This document shows positions 1 through 11,280 of a stretch of 64,000 bases of DNA, piece by piece (position 1 is the stretch's first letter; each line of letters begins with the position of its first letter). The DNA comes from Octopus vulgaris (lineage: Eukaryota). Location: assembly GCA_951406725.2 (NCBI GenBank), contig OX597816.1:10292001-10356000 (forward strand), in the 5' to 3' direction. The position numbers and the translations under genes are program-made. Below the pieces are notes generated by a model. It was not told the DNA's origin, did no database searches, and saw nothing but the letters and a program-made list of their open reading frames with translations.

Positions 1-185
1 TGGTGGCACGTAAAAAGCACCCACTACAATCTCGGAGTGGTTGGCGTTAGGAAGGGCATCCAGCTGTAGAAACACTGCCAGATCAAACTGGGCCTGGTGC
101 AGCCTCCTGGCTTCCCAGACCCTGGTCGAACCGTCCAACCCGTGCTAGCATGGAAAGCGGACATTAAACAATGATGATGATGATG
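1..185 (+). mobile_element. Family C SINE-type retroposon, 3' part with (GAT)n tail
   Basis: ggttggcgttaggaagggcatccagctgtagaaa...gctagcatggaaagcggacattaaac(gat)n; this block recurs more than 10 times in the window. Confidence 0.8.
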
Positions 186-449
186 TTACTCAAAATATCC
201 TTCAAAGTACTCAGTCATGATGCAGCTGTTGTTGTTGTTGTTGTTGGTCACCTCAAGCGCCTGAGAATGACTCTCAGAAGCACTGGAGCCGCGGAAGGGA
301 GGAGACGAATCATCTCATTCATTGTAGCCCCTAGTTGGCAGATATAGCGTCCCACCATCAGGACCGGACATCTCAGCAACCAGAGACGTTCAGCAGGTTC
401 CACCTCCTCGTCACAGAGTCTGTTGCAGCTGTTGCTCGTTATCGGGGTC

Positions 450-735
450 ATCTGCAAATAGACCCTGGTGAGCATTAAATACAATTCGGTAATCTCGCTG
501 ATGATTACAATGTAAACAAAGCCATTGTGTATTCGCAGCCATAAACCTAACTGATAGCCACACTTCATTAAACTGTTGCATTAAAATCAATGTTTACCAA
601 AATTGCTTATGAATTAAGATTCATTTATTCACACTGTCTTACAAAGACTTAAGTGCTAATAGACAACATTCCCAGTTGAGAATCTACCAACAAAAATACA
701 GTTTAGGCAGCTGGAATGGCTGTGTGGTTAAGCAG
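450..735. repeat. Diverged duplicated block, copy 1 (copy 2 at ~2442-2720)
   Basis: Collinear shared motifs: tctgca, gcatta, gtaat, tgtaaa, catt-aaact, aaatcaatgtttac, aattaagatt, acatt, ttgagaat, atggctgtg. Confidence 0.7.
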
Positions 736-1021
736 CTCACAACCACACGGTTTTAGGTTTGATCTGTTCGTTTCTTGAAATTCACTCAAATGGCTTTGGT
801 TGATAGGGGCAATGGAAGACCTTGGCTGAAGGTGCCACACGGTGGGACTGAATCAGGAACCGTGTGGTTGGGAAGTAAACCTCCTCCCTCACACCCGTGT
901 CTGCACCTGTGAGTAAAATGTTGCGAGAAAGAATCACAAGGAAATTCTTCCAGCTAAGACAACTGGTGGGAGATTTAGAGGCAGAGCAAGATGGAGATGC
1001 TTAGATAATATCCTTAATCTC

Positions 1022-1420
1022 AGGCGCAGGAGTGGCTGTGTGGTAAGTGGCTTGCTAACCAACCACATGGTCCCGGGTTCAGTCCCACTGCGTGACATCT
1101 TGGGCAAATGTCTTCTGCTATAGCCCCGGGCCGACCAATGCCTTGTGAGTGGATTTGGTAGACGGAAACTGAAAGAAGCCTGTCGTATATATGTATATAT
1201 ATATATGTGTGTGTGTTTGTGTTTGTCCCCCTAGCATTGCTTGACAACCGATGCTGGTGTGTTTACGTCCCCGTCACTTAGCGGTTCAGCAAAAGAGACC
1301 GATAGAATAAGTACTGGGCTTACAAAGAATAAGACCCGGGGTCGATTCGCTCGACTAAAGGCGGTGCTCCAGCATGGCCGCAGTCAAATGACTGAAACAA
1401 GTAAAAGAGAAGAAGAGAAA
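1022..1420 (+). mobile_element. Family A tRNA-derived SINE, full length
   Basis: Head ggagtggctgtgtggtaag (A-box-like) and gggttcagtcc (B-box-like), internal (TA)/(TG) microsatellite, tail gactgaaacaagtaaaaga; aatctc on both sides (putative TSD). Confidence 0.9.
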
Positions 1421-1454
1421 GAAAGAATCTCTATTAGGCATTCTTAGGAACAGG

Positions 1455-1745
1455 CCAACTGTAAAGTTAATGATGGACACTTCTGATAGGGTCCTAGAGA
1501 AGATTCTACCCCGTCAACTGACCCTTTCTGGAATAGTGGGTTGTAGAAATGGATAGATAGAGATAGAAATGCCGAAATATTTCAACATTTCATGATTTTA
1601 GAGGAAAATGTGTAAAGGAAGAATTTCTACCACTATCCATTCATCCATATTTCCACAACCCACTATTCCAGAAAGGGTCAGTGGATAGGGTAGAGTCTTC
1701 TCTAGGGCCCTATCAGAAGTGTCCACCATTAACTTTACTGCTGGG
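1455..1745. repeat. Long inverted repeat (hairpin 1): ~115-bp arms around a 52-nt loop (1571-1622)
   Basis: 1461-1570 (gtaaagttaatgatggacacttctgataggg...tagaaat) is the near reverse complement of 1623-1737 (atttcta...cctatcagaagtgtccaccattaactttac). Confidence 0.93.
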
Positions 1746-1762
1746 CCCCAGTAGAGATTATA

Positions 1763-1817
1763 GACCAAAGCCTTATTGGTGGATTCTGTAGACGGAAACT
1801 GAAAGAAGCCTGTTGCA

Positions 1818-1868
<51 letters not shown>

Positions 1869-2064
1869 GTGCGTCTATGTCCCCTCACCATCACTTGACA
1901 ACCGATGCTGGTGTGTTTACATCCTCGTAGCTTAGCAGTTTGGTAAAAGTCACTAATAGAATAAGTATTAGGCTTACGAACAATAAGCTCTGGGGTTGAT
2001 TTGTTCAAAAGGCGGTGCTCCAGCATGGCCACAGTCAAATGACTGAAACAAGTAAGAGAATGAA
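1763..2064 (+). mobile_element. Family A SINE, 5'-truncated
   Basis: Matches the body and tail of 1022-1420; agattat on both sides (putative TSD). Confidence 0.85.
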
Positions 2065-2331
2065 AGATTATCAGAGATGCAAAACAATTTGGAGTAGGAA
2101 GACATGAAAGCCAAGAGAGCCCCAGGCAGGACAGCAGTACAAAGAGGTGTCAGTTGATACATATTTGGTAAGAAGGAGAAAAGGTAGAGAGTTCAACACA
2201 AAAATTAGCAGAAAATTCCTGTGAGATAATCCACTTTAAACCACAGACACGATTTGGAGATGGGTCAAGATTTCCAGTTTGACAGAAAGGAACATGGTGG
2301 TGCATTTCTCTCTTTAATGCTTCATATCTCA

Positions 2332-2435
2332 TGTCAGGTCATCTGGTGGTCAAATAGGCCGAAATATTTCAAAATTCCATGATTTTAGATGAAAATGTGT
2401 AAAGGAAGAATATTTGACCCTCAGATGACCCGACA
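2332..2435. repeat. Inverted repeat (hairpin 2): 25-bp arms around the same 52-nt loop (2358-2409)
   Basis: tgtcaggtcatctggtggtcaaata pairs with tatttgaccctcagatgacccgaca (3 mismatches); loop is 49/52 identical to 1571-1622. Confidence 0.92.
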
Positions 2436-2441
2436 CCTTAT

Positions 2442-2720
2442 TTCTGCACATGTTCACAAGCGCATTACATGGTATTTAGTAATTTTAGCAATGGTTGCTA
2501 TGTAAATAATGCTATCACATAAACCAGATTCATAACTGTAACCGACAACTGGACATCATTAAACTATTGTATTCAAATCAATGTTTACTGATATTTCTTG
2601 CAAATTAAGATTTGTCTTGTCGGGGATTAGGTGCAGATAAATGACATTTCAAATTGAGAATGTATCAATGAAAATCTAATTTAGAAAGCAGCAGATGTGG
2701 ATGGCTGTGGAATTAAGAAG
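2442..2720. repeat. Diverged duplicated block, copy 2 (copy 1 at ~450-735)
   Basis: Same collinear motifs as 450-735. Confidence 0.7.
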
Positions 2721-2769
2721 TTTATTTTTGCAACCTTAGAGGTCCGAGTTGATTTGATTTGACTCTTTA

Positions 2770-3425
2770 CCCTTTTCCTTGTTTCAGTCATTTGACCACG
2801 GCCATGATGGAGCACCACCTTTTAGTCAAACAAATCGACCCTAGGATTTATTCTTTGGAAGCCTAGTACTTATTCTATCAGTCTGTTTTGCCGAACTGCT
2901 AACTTATAGGGACGTAAACACACCACCATCGGTTGTCAAGCGATGTTGGGGGGACAAACACAGACACACAAACATATACACACACACACACACATATATA
3001 CACTCGCGGAGTGGTTGGCATTAGGAAGGGCATCCTAACACTGCCAGATCAGACTGGAGCCTGGTGCAGCCCCTGGCTTCCCAGACCCCGGTCGAACCGT
3101 CCAGCCCGTGCTAGCATGGAAAACGGACGTTAAACGATGATGATGATGATGATATGTATATATATATATACTACTGCTATAGGATGAAGTTTTTTTTCCA
3201 GAAAAAAAATGCCATCAAAAAAGTGGCAGCATATTAAAATACTATAATTTTAACCTTTATATATATATATATATACGACGGGCTTCTTTTAGTTTCTGTC
3301 TACCATATCCACTCACAAGGCTTTGGTCGGCCCAAGAAGACACTTGCCCAAGGTGCCATGCAGTGGGGCTGAATCTGGAACCATGTGGTTGGTAAGCAAG
3401 CTACTTACCACACAGCCACTCCTGC
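2770..3425 (-). mobile_element. Family A SINE interrupted by a family C tail (~3000-3152) in its microsatellite
   Basis: Reverse complement of the family A tail and head on either side of the family C 3' end. Confidence 0.8.
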
Positions 3426-3578
3426 GACTGTATGACATCTTTGAGCAAAACCCTCTTCTATATCTTTGACTTGGTTAATTTTGTGTGAGAGACTCTTGGT
3501 GAACAGAAACTGATGAAACCCTCTGCATGTATGTGTGTATATATAATGCCAGCATGGAAGGCAGATGTGAAAATACGA

Positions 3579-3627
<49 letters not shown>

Positions 3628-3632
3628 TTTAT

Positions 3633-4022
3633 TCTTTTACTTGTTTCAGTCATTTTGACTGCGGCCATGCTGGAGCACTGCCTTTAATCGAGCAACTCGG
3701 CCCCGGGACTTATTCTTTTGTAGGCCCAGTACTTATTCTATCGGTCTCTTTTGCTGAACCGCTAAGTAACGGAGACATAAACACACCAGCATCGGTTGTC
3801 AAGCAATGCTAGAGGGACAAACACAGACACACACACGCATATATATATATATACATATACGACGGGCTTCTTTCAGTTTCCGTCTACCAAATCCACTCAC
3901 AAGGCTTTGGTTGGCCCGAGGCTATAGTAGAAGACACTTGCCCAAGGTGCCATGCAGTGGGACTGAACCCAGAACCATGTGGTTGGTAAACAAGCTACTT
4001 ACCATACAGCCACTCCTGCACC
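3633..4022 (-). mobile_element. Family A SINE, full length
   Basis: Reverse complement of the 1022-1420 consensus. Confidence 0.9.
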
Positions 4023-4559
4023 TATATGTATATATATACACACACACACACATCTTCTCTTCTTATATCTTTTCATCTCTTCTCTCTTTCTATCTTCATC
4101 TATTTTGGCAATAAATGTGTTGGACTCTGAAGACGATAAGATTCTAGTGGTCATTCACTGTGTTTTCAATCAACTGATTAGCCTTTTATCTTTTTGGGAG
4201 TCGATAAATTAAGTACCAGTTGCATACTGGAGTCAATCTAATTAACTGCCCCCCCCCCTCCCCCCAAATTTTTGTCCTTGTGCATAGAGTAGAAAAGAAT
4301 ATTTCGATGTGTGAGCATGTGTCCTAGGACAGAAAGCTAGCAGAATCATTACTGCAGAAAATGATTAGCAGTATTTCGCCAGTCTTTATGTTCTGAGTTC
4401 AAATTCCACTGAAGTCGATTTTGCCTTTTATCCATTTAAGGTCAATAAAACAAGCACCAGTTGAGCACTGGGGTTGATGTAATCAACTTACCCCCTCCTC
4501 CCAAATTGCTGGCCTTGTGCCAAAATTTAAAACCAATATTTTGATGTGTATGTTTGAGA

Positions 4560-5065
4560 GTTAACTTTGGCAATCTATGGTTTGTAGTTGTGACACCTGT
4601 GCCAGTCGCACGTAAAAAGCACCATCTGAACTTGGCCGATGCCAGCGCCACCTTGACTGGCCTTCTGTGCCGGTGGCACATAAAAAGTACCAACCGATCG
4701 TGGCCATTGCCAGCCTCTCCTGGCACCTTTGCCGGTGGCATGTAAAAATCACTCACTACACTCACGGAGTGGTTGGCATTAGGAAGGGCATCCAGCTGTA
4801 GAAACACTGCCAGATCAGACTGTGGTTGAATTCCTTTCGAGCGTTGGGCCTCACGGAGGCAATGACCGAGACCTTTGGCATTATGTCGTGCTTGAGAAGA
4901 CCCATCAAGCCAAGTAGAATTGCAGTCATGGCAGATACCAGTGTCACACAAATTGGCACCTGTGCTGGTGGCATGTAAACGCACCCCGGTGTTGTAACAC
5001 ATAAAAGCACCCATTGTACTCTTGGAATGGTTGGCGTTAGGAAGAGCATCCAGCCGTAGAAAACC
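4560..5065 (+). mobile_element. Family C element(s) with internal minisatellite
   Basis: Repeated gccggtggcac(g/a)taaaaagcacc units followed by ggttggcattaggaagggcatccagctgtagaaa. Confidence 0.75.
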
Positions 5066-5610
5066 ATGCCAAATAAGCAGTGTGAATGAATTCAGAACCA
5101 TGTGGTTGGTAAGCAAGCTACTTACCACACATCCACTCCTACGCCTATGATATTAACCATCCATTTGCTGTTTCTGGTGTGCAGTTAAGATTGGGGAAGA
5201 CGTATTTTGTGTTGCATTTTAGGAGGATTTTTAATATGTTCACCTCTCCAATAGCTTTTTTTGTGTGTGTGTTTTTGGTTGTTGTAATGTCAATGTTGGA
5301 AGTGAACCGGTGAATGGCCAATTGGAAACTGACATCTATTGTTCACCAATGACATCTATTGTTCACCAAATCTGATATATAAAAGAGTAAAAACGGAATA
5401 AATGGTCTAATAAAGGAAAATATTCCAAGCAAAAAATTACATTTATCTATATTGAAAGATGAAAGGTGTTTAATCTCATTTATTTATCAACAGAGTGAGT
5501 GAGTTCACCAGTTTAAATGTTTCGAGCTCATCTTTTGATGATTGTTTCTTTCAAGCAAAATAACCAACGAGATATTGAGCTACACTGACAGCTCATAATT
5601 ATTCTCTTCA

Positions 5611-6560
5611 AATGTACATTACACAGATATTGTGTTCAAATGTACATTAAACAGATAAATATTCCAGTCACATATACGTTATTACATAGATATTCTGTAC
5701 AAATGTACATTACATATATTGTATTGGCGTATATATTATATAGTTATTCTATTAAAATTTATATTACATAGCTATTCAGTACTGATATACAGAATGTAGA
5801 TATTGTGTTCACGTATATATCACATAGTTTATTCAGCTCAAATATACATTGCATAAATAGTCTGTTTTAATGTACATTATGTTTATAATGTGTTCAAGTA
5901 TAAATTACATTTATTTTATTTAAATATACATTGCATATTGTTTTGAAATACACATTATATAAATGTTGTATTCTAGTCTGTATTACAGAGATATTAGTTC
6001 AAAGTATACATTTCACAATTATTTCACTCAAACACACATTACACACATATTGTGTTTAAGTATATATTTCACAGCTGTTCTATTGAAATCTACATTAAAT
6101 AGATATTCTGTTGAAATGATCATTGCATATTGTGTTCAAGCATATATTTCATAGTTTTTATCTTTAAATGCACATACATTATATATATATAAATATACAT
6201 TTCATAGATATTCTATTGAAATGTACATTACATATTGTATTGAAATATAAATTACATAAATATCGCATTCTCATGTGTATATTACATAGATATTGTATTG
6301 AAGTATACATTACATATTTATTCTGTTCAGAGCATATTACATAATTATTTAACTCAAATGTACATCATACAGGTATTGTATTGAAGTATACATTACATAT
6401 TTATTCTATTCAGATGTACATTTCATAACTATTTTATTCACATATACATTATTAGGACATTTTATTCAAATGCACCTCCCATAGATATTGTTGTATAGAT
6501 TGCATAGATATTGTTTTCCGATATATATTACGTAGTTATTTTACTTAAATGTATATTATG
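5611..6560. repeat. Degenerate ~28-bp tandem minisatellite, roughly 30 copies
   Basis: Recurrent consensus aat(g/a)tacattacatagatatt(g/c)tgttca. Confidence 0.8.
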
Positions 6561-6564
6561 TATA

Positions 6565-7260
6565 CAGGGGTTGGACAAAATTATGGAACCACCCATTTAA
6601 ATGGCAATTGTATTATCTAATACAAAGATGTTCCACCTTTGGCATCTGTCACATGATTAATACTTTGAGGAATACAGGTTCTGATCAGCTGTTAGGGGAA
6701 TTTTGAGCCATTCTTCAAGTAAAGACTTCTTTGGCTCTCTCATGTTCAACAAAGGAGGGAAGTGGCTCGTTTCTTGTGGTTTCAAAATATACCATAAATA
6801 CTCAATTATATTGAGATTTAGTGATTGTGGTCTGCTTCTGTTTTGTGCTTTTTGTACCAATTTTGAATAACATTAGCCATACACTCTCAGAGTGGTTGGT
6901 GTTAGGAAGGGCATCCAGCTGTGGAAACCTTGCCAGATCAGATTGGAGACCGATACAGCCTTCTGGCTTGCCAGTCCTCAGTCAACCAGTCCAACCCATG
7001 CCAGCATGGAAAGCGGACGTTAAACGATGACACTGATGATGATGATGATGTGAATTTTCATCCTGGACAATTACACTACCATTAAGGAACAGTGTTTGCA
7101 CCAACAGGACGGACAAAATCAACCAAACTACTCAGATGAACTTTGGTCTTAACTGCTTGTAGAAATAAAGGACCAAGAGAATTCTGTAATATGATTACCT
7201 AAATCATCAGAGAGGAACCTCCATGCTCTGTGGTAGGGGCCAAACAGTTAGGGTTGATGG
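6565..7260 (-). mobile_element. Decayed Tc1-like transposon fragment, interrupted by a family C tail (~6880-7050)
   Basis: TA|caggggttggacaaaattatgg terminus; minus frame PQSLNLNIIEYLWYILK...LLEEWLKIP resembles the Tc1 WPPQSPDLNIIEHLW motif. Confidence 0.7.
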
Positions 7261-7562
7261 CTTCTTTGAACTGTCTCTAAAAAAAAAAAAAACTCACCCT
7301 GAAGTGGGAAAAGTATAAAAGATGATTCATTAGAAAAGCTGACATCTTTCCACTGAGCCATTATTAACCACTTCTAAAAATATGGACAGCATTTTCCCCA
7401 CTTGTCACTGTTGATGGAGGACAGGAGATGTGTAGTATTTGCCCTCCTCCCATTGTATCCAGATTTAGATTTATAGAACTCATGATCAATGATGCTGGTT
7501 GTCACAGGGTTGGCATGGTAGGAGTTTAGCTCTGTTATTACTTTAGCTGCCTTAATTCTGTT

Positions 7563-7790
7563 TCTTTACTACCCACAAGGGGCGAAACATAGAGGGGACA
7601 AACAAAGACAGACAAACGGATTAAGTTGATTACATCGACCCCAGTGCGTAATTGGTACTTATTTAATCGACCCCGAAAGGGTGAAAGGCAACGTCGACCT
7701 TGGCAGGATTTGAACTCAGAACATAACGTAGAAGAAATACGGCTACACATTTCGTCCGGCATGCTAACGATTCTGCCAGCTTGCTGCCTT
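7563..7790 (-). mobile_element. Family B tRNA-derived SINE
   Basis: Reverse complement of the 19479-19710 copy. Confidence 0.85.
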
Positions 7791-8024
7791 AATTTGATGG
7801 CTTTTAGACACAATATGTTTCATTATTCTGTAGTCGTGCTCTTTGAGTTTAGCCTTTCATTCAGAATTATGTTTGCCAGAACTGGGTTTTATCTTTGATT
7901 TTGGAATACCAACATGGTTTTAGAGACTGTACGTCCCTGAACATGAAACGATTCAGCCGTTTCAGTGACTGAATCTCCAAACATCTGTGATCCAACAATT
8001 TGTGCTCTTTGAAAAAAAGACAGT

Positions 8025-8335
8025 TCATCATCATCATCGTTTAACGTCCGCTTTCCATGCTAGCATGGGTTGGACGGTTCAACTGGGGTCTGGGAAGCCA
8101 GAAGGCTGCACCAGGCTCCAGTCTGATCTGGCAGTGTTTCTACAGCTGGATGCCCTTCCTAATGCCAACCACTCCGTGAGTGTAGTGGGTGCTTTTTACA
8201 TGCCACCGGTACAGGTGCCAGGCAACGGCCACGATCGGATGGTGCTTTTTACGTACCACCGGCACTGGTATCACAACTATAATTTCCATTGATTTTTGAT
8301 CGTTTTCGATTTCATAATTTTTGATCGATTTCAAT
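8025..8335 (-). mobile_element. Family C element
   Basis: (cat)n-cgtttaacgtccgctttccatgctagc...gtgctttttacgtaccaccggcac, ending in gatttc-like microrepeats. Confidence 0.85.
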
Positions 8336-9881
8336 TTCATGTATTTTAACTTACAGAAATATAAATATCTGCACATCTCCCCTCCCCCAAAATGCCAGAA
8401 GGCCATTTCATAAAATACAAGGCATATATAATGCATATGACTACATATATACAAACTAGAACAGTTAAATAAAAAGCTGTGTTCTTTTATTTTGTCCAAT
8501 GTCTGTCTATTTTGTTTCTATGTATATTACATAAAAATTCTGTTAAATAAGCATTATGTGTATATTCTGTTCATATTACATAGTTATAACATGGGAGGTC
8601 CAAAGATAGATGTAAATATTCTTTTCTACTCTAGGCACAAGGCTTGAGATTTTGGGAAGGGGGCCAGTCAATTAGATCGACCCCAGTGCGCAACTGGTAC
8701 TTAGTTTATCAACTCCAAAAGGATGAAAAGCAAAGTCGACCTCAGTAGAATTTGAACTCTGAACATAAAGATGGATGAAATACTGCTAAGCATTTCACCC
8801 AGCATGCTAACATTTCTGCCAGCTCACCACCTTTTTGGATACACAAATATTCTTTTCTACTCTACGCACAAGGCCCGAAATTTATGGAGCGGGGGGGCAC
8901 TTGATTAGATCGCCCCCAGTACGCAACTGGTAATTAATTTCTTGACCCCGGTGGAATTTGAACTCAAAACGTAAAGACAGACGAAAAAGTTGGAACAAAT
9001 ATTGCAAAACAACTTATCCAACATTCTAACAAATTTACCAATTTGCCATATCGAGGACAGGTTGCAGAATTTGAGCACAAAATCTGAAAAACAAGGCCAG
9101 ACACTACACATCTTATCTGGTGCTTTACCAATACAGCCTGATTTTTAAAATTTTATTTTATTGACCTGCAAAAGGATGAAAGACAACGTTGACCAGAGTT
9201 TGATTTGAACTCAAAGTGCAGCGAGCCAAACAAATAATACAAGACAATGCCAGAGCGGCTATCTGGTCTCCGTGCAGGTGGCACGTAAAAAACACCATTC
9301 AAGCGAGATCGTTACCAGCATCGCCTTAATGGCGCCCGCGCCGGTGGCATGTGCAAAAGATTTGAGCGAGGTTGTTGCCAGTACTGCCTGACTGGCCCTC
9401 GTGCTGGTGGCAAGTAAACACCCACTACACTCTCAGAGTGGTTGGCGTTAGGAAGGGCATCCAGCTGTAGAATCTCTGCCAGATCAAGATTGAAGCCTGG
9501 TGCAGCCATCTGGTTCGCCAGTCCTCAGTCAAAATCGTCCAACCCATGCTAGCATGGAAAGCACACGTTAAACGATGATGATGATGATTCAGTCAGATGC
9601 TCTACTGATTCTGCCAGCTTGCTGCTACCTCAGATATATTTTCTAATATAACATTACAAAACTATTTCCATGTTCCACCTGAAGCATACACGGATACTCT
9701 ATTTCTATGAGAAGGAGTATAACCATAACCAACAAACAAAGTAAAACATAAAATAAATAACAAATATAAAAAATGAAGTTTACAAAAACAAAACAAAAAA
9801 GAAAACAAAACAAAGAATTATGTTCTGCAGAAGACTGAGTTATAGAATCTAAATGATCTTGGAAGAAAAATACTACATTAC

Positions 9882-9950
9882 CTTCTGCAATATTCCAATT
9901 CGGCACATGCATATTCCATTAGCAGACATGTCGGTACTTAATGTAAAATT
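9882..9950 (-). other. Candidate exon (69 bp) of a minus-strand spliced transcript
   Basis: gctgtttag|AATTTTAC...TGCAGAAG|gtaatg; unique sequence; one open frame NFTLSTDMSANGICMCRIGILQK with no recognised homology. Confidence 0.35.
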
Positions 9951-10799
9951 CTAAACAGCTTGAAACTATGAAATACTTGAAAACAAAACAATGTCATCAT
10001 TCATTTTCTTTCACAAAGAATTATTTCCTCAAAGAATCTGCACCAAAATTTTCATTTACCAGTTTCCTATATAATGAATAGAGTAAATGTGTTTTAGAAG
10101 AATGGAGAATTAATATTTACTGAATAATGAATGGAACGATGAATAAAAGTAGTCTTAAATTAAATAAGAATAAAAAGATTAAGTCATTAACGATTTTGTT
10201 TGCTTTGCAGTAGTTTCCATTCAAAGCTGCAAACAAACTTAACTTGTTGAATGTATTTGTGTGTGGGCGGATGCAGCAGTGGCTCTGTGGCAAGTAGCTT
10301 GCTTACCAGCCATATGGTTCTGGGTTCAGTCCCACTGTGTGGCACCTTGGGCAAGTGTCTTCTACTATAGCCTCGGGCCGACCAAAGCCTTGTGAGTGGA
10401 TTTGGTAGATGGAAACTGAAAGAAGCCCATTGTGTGTATCATCGTCATCATCATCATCGTTTAACGTCCATTTTCCATGCAAGCATGGGCTGGACGGTTC
10501 AACTGGGGTCTGGGAAGCCAGAAGGCTGCACCAGGCTCCAGTCTGATCTGGCAGTGTTTCTGCAGCTGGATGCCCTTCCTAACGCCAACCACCCCGTGAG
10601 TGTAGTGGGTGCATTTTATGTGCCACCAACACAGTTGCCAGACGAGGCTGGCGAACGGCCATGCTCGGATGGTGCTTTTTACGTGCCACCAGCACGGAGG
10701 CCAGGCGAGGCTGGCAATGGCCACGATCAGATGGTGTTTGTTACGTGCCACCAGCACAGAGGCCAGTCAATGCGGTGCTGGCTACGGCGTAGTTAATCT

Positions 10800-10982
10800 A
10801 AACATGAAAATACAAAGAGAAAGCACAACAACACGAGGACGTGGAACAAATATAGTATTATTGGATGCTCAGGAAAGGAAAGAAAGGAGGATTTAACGTT
10901 TCAAGCGGAGCTCTTCATCAGAAACATAGGAAAAGTAAAGATCCAAGGAAGGGAAGACGGAGGAAAAAAATCACCAACGGTA
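10800..10982 (-). mobile_element. Penelope-like terminal-repeat fragment with a minimal type I hammerhead (10892-10924)
   Basis: Minus strand TTT-CTGATGA-AGAGCTCCGCTT-GAAA-CG-TT-AAA; related decayed copy at ~59560-59730; abuts a (CA)/(TA) microsatellite. Confidence 0.65.
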
Positions 10983-11034
10983 CACACACACACACACTTA
11001 CAAATATGCATATTTTTGTATGTGTGTGTGAGTG

Positions 11035-11039
<5 letters not shown>

Positions 11040-11085
<46 letters not shown>

Positions 11086-11093
11086 TATGTACA

Positions 11094-11129
<36 letters not shown>

Positions 11130-11147
11130 AGTATGTGTATGTGTGTG

Positions 11148-11201
<54 letters not shown>

Positions 11202-11216
11202 TATATATATATACAC

Positions 11217-11248
<32 letters not shown>

Positions 11249-11280
11249 ATACACACACATATATATATATATATACACAC
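11040..11280. repeat. (TA)n/(TG)n/(CA)n compound microsatellite
   Basis: Direct inspection. Confidence 0.95.

Noticed and set aside
4442-5128. 228-aa ORF with repeated LDALPNANH motif
   Set aside because: Antisense reading of family C repeats; the same peptide recurs wherever the repeat occurs.
7290-7320. Minus-strand cag-G-gtgagt (recursive splice site or 1-nt microexon)
   Set aside because: The extra G does not fit the AG|GT recursive consensus, it abuts a decayed Tc1 fragment, and nothing else supports it.
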